Origin: an uncultured Geobacter sp. | GTDB lineage: Bacteria > Desulfobacterota > Desulfuromonadia > Geobacterales > Geobacteraceae | Assembly (NCBI GenBank): GCA_964490805.1 | Contig: CAZBEB010000008.1 | Coordinates: forward strand, 90,512 to 154,511 | Reading direction: 5' to 3' | Length of the DNA stretch: 64,000 nt | Part shown: positions 50,222 through 58,295 of the stretch, piece after piece | How positions within the stretch are numbered: position 1 is the stretch's first letter | Layout: each line of letters opens with the position of its first letter | The notes under the pieces: generated by a model | Databases searched by the model: none | Told to the model about the DNA's origin: nothing | Seen by the model: only the letters and a program-made list of their open reading frames with translations | Made by a program: the position numbers and the translations under genes

Positions 50222-51740
50222 TGGTTTCCCCTCCTTTCTGTGTGTTGCCGAGCGTTACCCCGTATGTTTGCTGCAACTGATCTTCCTGCTGTTTCTCCTG
50301 ATAGAGGTCTTCTATGTCCCCTCCCTTCTCGGCAACAATGGAGGTGGCGGTGGTGAGACCGGCGTCCTTCTCCTTGATCTTGGCCGTTACGTCCTTGAGG
50401 GGGTCGATCCAGTCCCAGCGCCGGGGCTTCCAGGCGGCGGCGTCGAGATAACGCGGCATATCCAGCGGCGAGATGTTGCAGTTGCCGGAGACGATCGCAA
50501 AGGGGAGCCACTCAGGGAAAACATCATCCAGGAGCCACTCACAAAGCCATGTCTGTATGATTTTAAAAATATCCCGATCTTCTAGGGTGCCGCCCCGCTG
50601 AGAACCATAGTTGGCATCGCTGCGGTCGTTGCACAGGGAGTGGTAGCTCATGATGAAGCCGGAGGCGACGCCCCGCAGCATCCGGGACATGAAGGGGTCA
50701 TAGTTCCCGGCGGGGTGCTGCGGATCCCACGGTTTGAATTTGTAGCCCGAGGGGAGCTTTTCAATGGTGAACGGGTCGAACTCGGAGAGAAGTTCTTCTT
50801 CGGTTTCGTCGCCCTCGCCATCGTATTCGTCATCAGCTTCGGCGTTGTGGTCCACCTCGTAAAAGCCCATCTTGGCGGCAGCGCCGTAGGCGGCGGAGAC
50901 TTCGGCCTCTTCGTACCGGTCGATTTTGCGCAGCCGGCTCATGGCGGCGTGTCCCCAGGGGAATCCCCGTGACTGCCGCACAAACTCGGGGGCGTGAAGG
51001 TGGATGATCTCCTCCGCCGGAATCCGCTCGTGGGTGCCGACGGTGAAGCCGTAGAGATAATCGCCCGGATGGTTCTTCAGGAACCAGTGAGCGACCGGGG
51101 CGTCCCAGGAGTCGAATTCGACTCCCATGCGGACCTTGTTGCCGTTGGCGAGGATGGTGTTGAGGTTCTCGTCAACGAGATCACCTTCCAGGAGCTGGAG
51201 GGCAAAGCGGAATGCATTCCTGTGGCCCTTGACCTTGCGGATAAATACTTCGCCATCGCGGGCGGTGGTCTCCAGGGCGATTTTGAGGAAATCAATAAAG
51301 GAGAGCTTACGGGTGACTTCGCAGTTGCCGCGCTTACACCACTTCTTCCAGGCCTTTTCAACCCGCTTGTTCCCAACGGTATCAAGCAGACCATCGGACC
51401 CCTGGGCTTTAACCTGGAGAGTTATACCGGCGTGGCCGATGACGTTGGCCTTGAGCAGCGTATAGAACCGCTTGGCATACTCGTTATTGTAGAATTGTTC
51501 GCGGCTGCGGTTGCGCATCTGCCGGAGGCCGGTACGGAGCGCCGAATCAACGTTATACCCGGCGGGGTTCCATGACTCGGAGAGGCGGTCGGAGGTGCCG
51601 GCCTTGAACATCCGGAAGCCGGAGGGGCGGGGCAGAGTGCGCGGAGCCAAGGCTCTGCGGGCTGTACTGGCCACTTCTTCCATCTGCCGCTCCAGTGCTT
51701 CCGGTTGAGTTTTTCGCGCAAACCATCCGAGCATGGTCAC
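50205..51740 (-). CDS. phage portal protein, lambda family
   Basis: The 511-aa gene lies between the terminase/gpW-like genes and the protease-capsid gene. The overall sequence resembles the lambda gpB family, from recollection. Confidence 0.8.
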   Translation of the reverse strand: MTMLGWFARKTQPEALERQMEEVASTARRALAPRTLPRPSGFRMFKAGTSDRLSESWNPAGYNVDSALRTGLRQMRNRSREQFYNNEYAKRFYTLLKANVIGHAGITLQVKAQGSDGLLDTVGNKRVEKAWKKWCKRGNCEVTRKLSFIDFLKIALETTARDGEVFIRKVKGHRNAFRFALQLLEGDLVDENLNTILANGNKVRMGVEFDSWDAPVAHWFLKNHPGDYLYGFTVGTHERIPAEEIIHLHAPEFVRQSRGFPWGHAAMSRLRKIDRYEEAEVSAAYGAAAKMGFYEVDHNAEADDEYDGEGDETEEELLSEFDPFTIEKLPSGYKFKPWDPQHPAGNYDPFMSRMLRGVASGFIMSYHSLCNDRSDANYGSQRGGTLEDRDIFKIIQTWLCEWLLDDVFPEWLPFAIVSGNCNISPLDMPRYLDAAAWKPRRWDWIDPLKDVTAKIKEKDAGLTTATSIVAEKGGDIEDLYQEKQQEDQLQQTYGVTLGNTQKGGETIAITA

Positions 51741-52279
51741 ATCCTGTACTTGATAATCCGGCCGGTTCTACGGCCCGCCTTGACAGCAGCCCGCGCCCGT
51801 TCGGCTCTGACTTCGTTGCGGTATTGCTGCCGAAGCTGAATCAGTTCGGCCACGGTCATTTTCACAATCCGTTTGCCGTCGAACGATAATTCCTGATCGC
51901 CCCGGGTGGCCCGGCCTTCGATGACTCGCTCAATAGCTGCCAGGACCCGCTCGGCGTGGGTGCTGCCGTCGTAACCGGCAGCGGCCGTAACCAGGTCGGG
52001 GTTAATCGTAATGCGGCCGGTATGGCAGGTGACGCGGGTGCCGTCGGGTTGTTCGTAGTAGCCGGCCCACGAGTAAGCACCGGCAGCGTAAGCCGCGCTG
52101 GTGTTGCCGGGAATGTCTATGACGTGGTAATCGCCGTCGGGAGCAGAAACCAAATTTATGGCAGCGGGGCCGCGCAGGGCGTATTTCAGGACCCAGCCGG
52201 CAGAGGGGAGGTAGTCCGCGTTGTAACGCGTCCAGGTGATGTGATCCCCCGCCGTGATTTCCGATGGCTCGTTCGTCAT
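51737..52279 (-). CDS. phage protein with gpW-like (head-tail joining) C-terminal domain
   Basis: The start is set at MTNEPSEI. The C-terminal segment AERVLAAIERVIEGRATRGDQELSFDGKRIVKMTVAELIQLRQQY...GRRTGRI parallels the lambda gpW pattern. It lies just upstream of the portal, as W does in lambda. Confidence 0.5.
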   Translation of the reverse strand: MTNEPSEITAGDHITWTRYNADYLPSAGWVLKYALRGPAAINLVSAPDGDYHVIDIPGNTSAAYAAGAYSWAGYYEQPDGTRVTCHTGRITINPDLVTAAAGYDGSTHAERVLAAIERVIEGRATRGDQELSFDGKRIVKMTVAELIQLRQQYRNEVRAERARAAVKAGRRTGRIIKYRM

Positions 52280-52317
52280 GGGGGGATTGTGAAGGAAACC
52301 GGATTGTGTTTCTAGGT

Positions 52318-52347
52318 CGCAAACCGACGCAAACCGACGCAAACCGA
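52318..52347. repeat. three perfect tandem copies of CGCAAACCGA
   Basis: I read this directly from the sequence. It lies in the 90-bp gap between the HTH gene and the gpW-like gene and is followed by an A7T4 tract. Confidence 0.9.
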
Positions 52348-52369
52348 TAAAAAAATTTTAACAATGCAT

Positions 52370-52621
52370 TTATTTTGAAAATTTATCCGGCTGGATGATG
52401 CCGTTGCGGATGTAATCCCATACGGAGCAGGCAATGATTCGAGTGCCCTTTCCACTTGGCACCTTGCTTGGATTATGGGCGAGGAGTTGTCCGGCAGCCA
52501 GCAGATCGTAGAGGGCGTCTTTTTTGAGCCCAGTAATAGCCATGGCCTCGGGAAAGCTGAAGAAAGCTTTGTTGCCGTACCGCTCTTTCATTTCGGCGAT
52601 CAGGATTTCAATGGATTCCAT
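52370..52621 (-). CDS. small helix-turn-helix DNA-binding protein (excisionase/AlpA-like fold suspected)
   Basis: FSFPEAMAITGLKKDALYDLLAAGQL has an HTH pattern. The 83-aa gene lies directly after the large terminase. Confidence 0.5.
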   Translation of the reverse strand: MESIEILIAEMKERYGNKAFFSFPEAMAITGLKKDALYDLLAAGQLLAHNPSKVPSGKGTRIIACSVWDYIRNGIIQPDKFSK

Positions 52622-52632
52622 AACAGTTGCCC

Positions 52633-54732
52633 CTATCCCTTCAGTTTTGATGCAAAGCCGCTTCGCCGTTTTTTGACCATCTTCTTTTTCTTCCGGGCAA
52701 GGGGAGCAGTGACAACGTCTCCCGTGGTTGCCGCTTCATCGTCTATTGCGGTTTCGTTGGTACCCTGGACATCCTCTCCAAGCGACGGCGCCGCCAGCTC
52801 TGCCGCTTGCTCCCGCAGATCCCGCGCAAGCTTTTCCATATTCGGGTTGAGGATGCCATAGACCGCCAGGTTATAAGCTTTTAGGTCGAGGCCCTCGTTC
52901 CGGTGGTAACCTTTGCGGACCCGATAGTATTTGACCGGGCGGCCGCCGGTATCGCGCTTGTATGCCGGCTCTTCAGAGACAAGCTGCCGGAAGAACTCGA
53001 AATCATAGGTGCGGGGGAAGTGCTGGTAGTAGGGGCCCGGCTCTTCGGCGGTGAGCCACTCGAAGATGCTGTCCTTGGCGGTTTCGGTGCCGATCATGTA
53101 GAGGGGCACTTTGTGGGCGTTGTTGGTTGAGGGCTTACCTCGTAGAGGCTTGCCCGGAATGTGCCACCCCTTCAGGGCGTATACGCGACGGCGGCGGCCG
53201 TGGCGCTTAACGAACTTGTAGGCCATGTCGGTATGGTGGCCACCGATATCGATTCCCAGACCGGCGATCCGGAGCGCAATGCCTGACTCATGGAGGAAAG
53301 TGCGGTAGAGATACTTCTCTTCCAGTTCCTGCCAGGTCTCTTCCCGTGCCGGGGAGCCGGTGATGACGTCCTTGAGGATGCCCCAGTTCTCCCGCTTCTG
53401 CCCCCATCCCTCAATCTCGATCTCCAGGCGGTTGCCCTGGACGTCAACGGCGGCGGTGACGAGGCAAGCGGCCATAGGGACTTCCCACACGGCGCCCTTA
53501 GGGGCGTACTCTTCGCGCCGGTCGTAGAGGTGCTGCTCATCGAGGGTTTCGCCCTCGGCAGAGGTGGGCATGGGGAGAGCGCAGTCATCGCACCAAAATT
53601 TTTCGGCGTTGCTGGGAGCATCCCCTTCTTTGGCGTGGGGATCCTGCTGGTAGCGGAGGTAATCGGCGACGATGTCGCTATGGCGTACGAACCGGCTATA
53701 GAAGGCGGGGAGGTGAAAACCGATCACTTCGGGGTGCTCCGGGATGGGAGCGGCCTCGACACCCCCGCAGCGAGGGCATACGCCGTCACGGAGCTGCATA
53801 TCGTTGCAGGCGGCGCAGAAGCGCCGGGGCTGCCAACCGTGGTGCATGGCTTCGCGAACAGCGATGTCGCGAAGCGCTTCGTCCCATTTGCCAGTGCAGG
53901 ACTCGCACTCGTACCAGGCATCACGGGTCATTTCGATTCGCTTGGGATCGGTAACTCCGTCGGTCCAGCGGTATTGCCCGAACACCATGGGCTGCTCATG
54001 GCCGCAGATGGGGCAACGAACGTTGTAATCGTAGATGATATGGGAGGAATTGAGGTCTTCCCAAATGGGGCCGTCTTCTACGGAGGGTTTAGATACGGTG
54101 ACGAGCTTGTATTCGTAATTGTAGGTTCTTAGGCGGGCGCGGGCCAAGTTGATGGAGCGCCTGCCCACAAGGTCCGCTTCGTCGATCTTGCCGTACTTGA
54201 TGGGCTTATTGGAGAGGATGGCATCTGAACCGGCCCAACCGAAATACGTGGTGACGCCGTTCCGAGTCTTGATACGGGTGGTACTGGTATCGTCGGGATT
54301 GCGGCTCTTGATGGCCCGCAGCGGGGCGCAATCGTCGTACATGGGCTGGACCCGGTCGAGGGAAACGTCCTTGGCGGTGTCCCGTGACGGCATGACGAAC
54401 AGCGAAGGGCCTGGATCGTAATCGACATCGAAGCCGTGAGTGTTATACATGAATTCGGTTTTGCCGAGCTGCGACCCGGCGGCAACGCGGATTTCCCGCA
54501 CCCACGGCAGGGAATAGCAGCAGAGAGGGAACCAGAAATAAGGGGCGTTCTCGTGCCGGTAAGGACCGGGAACGGATGATACCTGAATGACACGGTGCCG
54601 CTCGGTCCAATCGGCGGCGCCGTTGGGGAGAGGCTCTTTCATGGCGAGCGCCCGATCTTCGCCCGGGAACCAGTCAAAATTCCGCAGGGGAGGAGCGGGG
54701 AGCCATGGATATGCAGTGGTGGTTGCCGTCAC
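52633..54732 (-). CDS. phage terminase large subunit, GpA (lambda A) family
   Basis: At 699 aa it has a GpA-like N-terminus. The zinc-finger insert is CPICGHEQ...CESC. The start codon is GTG in a GTGA overlap with the upstream ORF. Confidence 0.88.
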   Translation of the reverse strand: MTATTTAYPWLPAPPLRNFDWFPGEDRALAMKEPLPNGAADWTERHRVIQVSSVPGPYRHENAPYFWFPLCCYSLPWVREIRVAAGSQLGKTEFMYNTHGFDVDYDPGPSLFVMPSRDTAKDVSLDRVQPMYDDCAPLRAIKSRNPDDTSTTRIKTRNGVTTYFGWAGSDAILSNKPIKYGKIDEADLVGRRSINLARARLRTYNYEYKLVTVSKPSVEDGPIWEDLNSSHIIYDYNVRCPICGHEQPMVFGQYRWTDGVTDPKRIEMTRDAWYECESCTGKWDEALRDIAVREAMHHGWQPRRFCAACNDMQLRDGVCPRCGGVEAAPIPEHPEVIGFHLPAFYSRFVRHSDIVADYLRYQQDPHAKEGDAPSNAEKFWCDDCALPMPTSAEGETLDEQHLYDRREEYAPKGAVWEVPMAACLVTAAVDVQGNRLEIEIEGWGQKRENWGILKDVITGSPAREETWQELEEKYLYRTFLHESGIALRIAGLGIDIGGHHTDMAYKFVKRHGRRRRVYALKGWHIPGKPLRGKPSTNNAHKVPLYMIGTETAKDSIFEWLTAEEPGPYYQHFPRTYDFEFFRQLVSEEPAYKRDTGGRPVKYYRVRKGYHRNEGLDLKAYNLAVYGILNPNMEKLARDLREQAAELAAPSLGEDVQGTNETAIDDEAATTGDVVTAPLARKKKKMVKKRRSGFASKLKG

Positions 54733-54971
54733 TGATAATAGCCCCGGCGGCGGTTAGCCGCTTCGGCAACGTCCATGCAATGAGTGCTGTATTTCCAGAT
54801 AATGAAATTGACGATCCATCCCCGGTACGCCTTGCGGGTCGATTTCGTGCAGTGATGGAGCGCAAATTCTTTTCCGAGAGTATCGAGCCAAGCCACTACA
54901 GACGGCTTTTTGAGTATTTCATTATCCATGTGGCTGCGGGTATTGTTCGTCTGTTTATACGTGGTTGCCAT
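54729..54971 (-). CDS. 80-aa protein translationally coupled to the large terminase (small-terminase position)
   Basis: It has a GTGA overlap with TerL. The segment TRKAYRGWIVNFIIW resembles the SAM-like N-domain of tyrosine recombinases. Confidence 0.4.
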   Translation of the reverse strand: MATTYKQTNNTRSHMDNEILKKPSVVAWLDTLGKEFALHHCTKSTRKAYRGWIVNFIIWKYSTHCMDVAEAANRRRGYYQ

Positions 54972-55021
54972 AGTTTGCTCCTTTCTGCTTATGCAGTGTG
55001 GCGGGCTGGGATAATCAATGG

Positions 55022-55402
55022 TTATGTATTTTGATGATCCTCATCCCATTTTGCATCAGCGAGTTTTTGCCCCTGACGGACGCACTGCTCAAAATGTTGC
55101 CAGTTTACCCGCTTATCCAACGGACGATCACCGACAAAAACGAGCTGTACGCCTTCTTTGTCATGGGCAAAGTACGCGATTGTCCATTTGTATTCGCCAT
55201 TTTGCGCCCATAGACAAATATGGTGGTTTGCCGTCAGCTCCAGAGGGTAGCGAGTCGGTTGTTCCAGTGGATGATAATAGCGAGTATTCTTTGCCGGCTT
55301 GGTCAGCTCATCCGCCAAAACATAACCAGCAAATGCAGCGGGGTTCACCCCTTCGTTGCACCTGCATTGCAGTGTTGACGTATCTACCGTTGATTTACAC
55401 AT
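55022..55402 (-). CDS. hypothetical protein (126 aa), lower-GC accessory gene
   Basis: The ATG follows GGGAGGG. The conserved 25-nt leader element precedes it. Confidence 0.5.
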   Translation of the reverse strand: MCKSTVDTSTLQCRCNEGVNPAAFAGYVLADELTKPAKNTRYYHPLEQPTRYPLELTANHHICLWAQNGEYKWTIAYFAHDKEGVQLVFVGDRPLDKRVNWQHFEQCVRQGQKLADAKWDEDHQNT

Positions 55403-55429
55403 ATTCCCTCCCGCTGATTTGCAAACCCG

Positions 55430-56167
55430 TTAGAAATCTTTTCCCGCTAAAATCCTGAATGCCATTGCTGCCAGGTATGGATCTTGTCCGTTTCCAATGG
55501 CTTTAAGTCTGTCCATTTGGGCGGCCACTGCATAAGGATCTCGTTTGACTCTGCTGTAATCATCTTGTTCAAGCATCGCGCCGATTGCTCCTGTATATTG
55601 CCGTCTGCGTGGTTCTTCCTCACAAGCGACGAAATACGGAGAAAAGTCCATGCCTTCCAACATTGCGCTGTCGGCCTTAAAAGCGACAATCCAGATTCTC
55701 TCGCCTTCACATATTGAACCCGCGGCTGATGCCCCCATAACTCCGTAGCGTCCCACATACCCCAAGGCGGCAAGGTCTGCAATGACTCGTACCCCCCCCC
55801 TAACAGTGAGCATTGGTGAGTTTTCCACGAAAACGACTCTCGGCAAAACCTCGCCAATGATTCTGTCCATTTCTTTCCATAGCCCTGATCGTTCCCCCTC
55901 GATGCCTGCGCCTTTTCCGGCAACACTGATGTCTTGGCAGGGAAAGCCCCCCGAAACCACGTCAACAACGCCTCGCCAAGGTCGTCCGTCAAAGGTGCAA
56001 ACGTCATCCCATACAGGGAACGGGTCGAGAATGCCGTCATTCTGTCGCTGCATAAGTACGCTTGCGGCGTATGGCTCCCGTTCGACGGCGCAAACTGTGC
56101 GCCATCCAAGCAATTTGCCGCCGAGTATTCCTCCACCAGCGCCCGCGAAAAGTGCCAACTCATTCAT
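55430..56167 (-). CDS. DNA (cytosine-5)-methyltransferase, compact (245 aa)
   Basis: Motif I LFAGAGG, motif IV GGFPCQDIS, motif VI FVENSP and motif X AIGNGQ are present in order. The variable region is short. Confidence 0.85.
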   Translation of the reverse strand: MNELALFAGAGGGILGGKLLGWRTVCAVEREPYAASVLMQRQNDGILDPFPVWDDVCTFDGRPWRGVVDVVSGGFPCQDISVAGKGAGIEGERSGLWKEMDRIIGEVLPRVVFVENSPMLTVRGGVRVIADLAALGYVGRYGVMGASAAGSICEGERIWIVAFKADSAMLEGMDFSPYFVACEEEPRRRQYTGAIGAMLEQDDYSRVKRDPYAVAAQMDRLKAIGNGQDPYLAAMAFRILAGKDF

Positions 56168-56263
56168 ATCACCATCCTTTGAAAACTATGGCTTGCGCCA
56201 AGCGGGAAAATATTTCTAACCAAACGCTGGAAGCGGATGCTTCGCACCGTTCAGCTAAAGCCG

Positions 56264-56527
56264 TTATCCTCTAATCTCGTTTTTAGTCCGCAACTCATTT
56301 GCAATCATCCTGAGCAACATATTAGGATGGCCAAACCTAGTAACAATGTGGCGAGACTCTTGCTCTTTTGGGTTGCCGAACCACCGTGCCAGATCTTCGA
56401 GCTGGCGAACTACCGGCCCAATATCGACCGGGAGGGGATAACCAGCCGATGCAGCGGAAGCCCCTGGACACGTTTTGCAATCCTGCCCCACCATCTCTGT
56501 TTTTTCGCACCTGTAGTCACATTTCAT
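56264..56527 (-). CDS. hypothetical Cys-rich protein (87 aa from MKCDYRCEKTEM)
   Basis: The start is set at an ATG preceded by GGAGG and the conserved leader element. Confidence 0.45.
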   Translation of the reverse strand: MKCDYRCEKTEMVGQDCKTCPGASAASAGYPLPVDIGPVVRQLEDLARWFGNPKEQESRHIVTRFGHPNMLLRMIANELRTKNEIRG

Positions 56528-56584
56528 AAGTCCTCCGCTGATCTGCAAACCCGTTAGGCAGGTCTCTCCGCCGGTTAAATTTTT

Positions 56585-56599
56585 TACGCACCTTGCGTA
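56585..56599. promoter_or_regulatory. operator-like palindrome O1, TACGCA-N3-TGCGTA
   Basis: The 6-bp arms are perfect. It lies 10 bp upstream of the -35 hexamer. Confidence 0.55.
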
Positions 56600-56608
56600 T
56601 TTTTCTTG

Positions 56609-56637
56609 TTGACAATACGCACAATGCGTATTATAGT
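56609..56637 (+). promoter_or_regulatory. near-consensus sigma70-type promoter TTGACA-N17-TATAGT
   Basis: I read it directly from the sequence. It points toward the 64-aa ORF and the XRE gene. Confidence 0.6.
56615..56631. promoter_or_regulatory. operator-like palindrome O2, ATACGCA-N3-TGCGTAT
   Basis: The 7-bp arms are perfect. It fills the promoter spacer exactly, and its centre is 31 bp from the centre of O1. Confidence 0.55.
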
Positions 56638-56673
56638 TATCTTAACGATGCAGCACAACTCAAGGAGGATGCC

Positions 56674-56868
56674 ATGAAAAAACAATACGTGATCTGGAGC
56701 GGCGAAGGCGAACTCGGGACCAAAGAAATCAAAACGGCAACGGACCAAGGAATCAAACGCATACTCACCAAAGAGCGGTGTCACGGCGACCGTTGGGCCT
56801 ATGCCGCAGAGTTGACCAACAGCGACCTTGATTGCTGCACGATGGTTAAAGAGCGCAGCATTTACTGA
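56674..56868 (+). CDS. hypothetical protein (64 aa), first gene of the plus-strand switch operon
   Basis: The ATG follows an AAGGAGG site. The gene lies downstream of the TTGACA/TATAGT promoter. Confidence 0.5.
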   Translation: MKKQYVIWSGEGELGTKEIKTATDQGIKRILTKERCHGDRWAYAAELTNSDLDCCTMVKERSIY

Positions 56869-56918
56869 GTTCCACCCACCCCGAGCCAGGCGGGTAAACC
56901 GGGCAAGGAGACCAAAGA

Positions 56919-57158
56919 ATGAGACTGACCACTGACCAAAGTATGTCGAGTTACGGGATGCCGATCTTTGTTGACGACCAGGACAACCCCCTTGACTATG
57001 CCGATGGCCTCCGAAAACTCCGTAAGGCCAAAGGCTGGAGTGTTGCCTATCTTGCGGGGCTCTGCGGAGTGTCAAAGCGCACCGCAGAGGGGTGGGAGCA
57101 AGGTCGTTTACCGTCAAAGCCTGCATTAATAGCCCTCTCTCAATTTCTCCACGATTGA
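56919..57158 (+). CDS. XRE (Cro/CI-type) helix-turn-helix transcriptional regulator
   Basis: LRKLRKAKGWSVAYLAGLCGVSKRTAEGWEQGRLPSKPALIAL is a classic HTH_XRE pattern. An AAGGAGA site lies upstream. Confidence 0.8.
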   Translation: MRLTTDQSMSSYGMPIFVDDQDNPLDYADGLRKLRKAKGWSVAYLAGLCGVSKRTAEGWEQGRLPSKPALIALSQFLHD

Positions 57159-57216
57159 TCTAGCCTGCCCAACCAGCGCGTCCACGGCGATCTCCCTACG
57201 GTCTCCGCGTGACGCG

Positions 57217-57531
57217 CTAGCCGTTATGACTCAACCCGCTCCATTGCCAGTCGGTCATTCCTGCTGGTCTCAGAATGTCCGTGTAGTGCTTTGGTCGTGC
57301 CAGCATGTCGCGGTAGAGCGCCATCTGGTTTGCCGCGTATTGCATCGGCTCGCCTGGGCTCTTGCTTTCCCTTGCGTGCAGTCGCCACCATTTGGCCGTC
57401 CATCGGTAGCACTCCGGTTTCGGCGTCTTCGCTGCCATATCTCCGGCGTAGGCCATAGCGTGGCGCAAAGTAGTCTGTCGTTTCAGGCCCAGAGTCATAA
57501 CCCGTCGCTCAACCCCGTTCGCTTTGCTCAC
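57217..57531 (-). CDS. hypothetical protein (104 aa; alternative ATG at 57498)
   Basis: This is an ORF only, convergent with the XRE gene. The ribosome-binding site is weak. Confidence 0.4.
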   Translation of the reverse strand: MSKANGVERRVMTLGLKRQTTLRHAMAYAGDMAAKTPKPECYRWTAKWWRLHARESKSPGEPMQYAANQMALYRDMLARPKHYTDILRPAGMTDWQWSGLSHNG

Positions 57532-57575
57532 TGGACGCCCCGCGATGAGGCTGCGGGTCGCCGGTTAGCTTTGCG

Positions 57576-57926
57576 TTATGCACACGCCTCGATGATCAAC
57601 AGCAGATATTTGCCCTCTGCACCCTGTAATTCTGCGAGGAGGTCATGCCCACCGATGACTGCTTTTTCGTCGTATTCCATAATGGTATACTCGCTGTACG
57701 CATCCAGAACGAAATTCAGTTCATCGACATTGCCGCCAATAGTTTTCAGAATCAGTGCTTCCGTTGCTTCTTCCTCGGTGATTTCCTTGTCTGCCAGAAA
57801 GTACCGAACGAATACTTTGTCGCCTTGCTTGAAATCGTCGTTCATATCGTCAATGAGATGTGTTTCGCCGCATTGTAAACACCCGTAATCGTCAATGTTC
57901 AGCCGTCCAGAATATGTTTTCCTCAT
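57576..57926 (-). CDS. hypothetical acidic protein (116 aa)
   Basis: The start is set at MRKTYSG, preceded by AGGAGGA. The longer annotated ORF upstream has no support. Confidence 0.5.
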   Translation of the reverse strand: MRKTYSGRLNIDDYGCLQCGETHLIDDMNDDFKQGDKVFVRYFLADKEITEEEATEALILKTIGGNVDELNFVLDAYSEYTIMEYDEKAVIGGHDLLAELQGAEGKYLLLIIEACA

Positions 57927-58002
57927 CTTCGTATCCTCCTGTGATGTGCATAACAAGCGCTGTGCAGCAGACCGAAAAGGCCCGGCTGCTGACGCTTGAT
58001 CG

Positions 58003-58224
58003 TTATGCGTTCTGGTGTCCGTTGCCGTAGAGGTAGAATCGGCGGCAAAATAGTTGCTCTGAGCATTGCGACTGTTTGCCCGTATCCTGCCAATCCAGAA
58101 TGACGATCCCCTCAAAATAGTCATTGACTTTGCACACCTTGTCCCGGCCATCCTTGTACAACAGCCCCTTGCGGATTCTGTCCGTGGTGCGTACCGTTTC
58201 ACTACCAAATCTAAATATTTCCAC
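58003..58224 (-). CDS. hypothetical protein (73 aa)
   Basis: The GTG start is preceded by GGAGGAA. Confidence 0.45.
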   Translation of the reverse strand: MEIFRFGSETVRTTDRIRKGLLYKDGRDKVCKVNDYFEGIVILDWQDTGKQSQCSEQLFCRRFYLYGNGHQNA

Positions 58225-58295
58225 TGTTTCCTCCGTGGCCCGAACGCATAACCAAACGTTCGAGCCGTTGTACGGCTCAACTCAAGCCCGTTATG

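Noticed and set aside
55405-55432. I considered a sigma54 promoter because of the GGGTTTGCA sequence in the repeated leader.
   Set aside because: Only the TTGCA (-12-like) part is present. No GG occurs at the required 12-nt upstream position in either copy.
57159-57216. I considered the inverted repeat AGCGCGTC...GACGCGCT between the convergent XRE gene and the 104-aa gene as a terminator.
   Set aside because: The 8-bp arms are separated by roughly 28 nt, and no U-tract is present. This is too weak to call.
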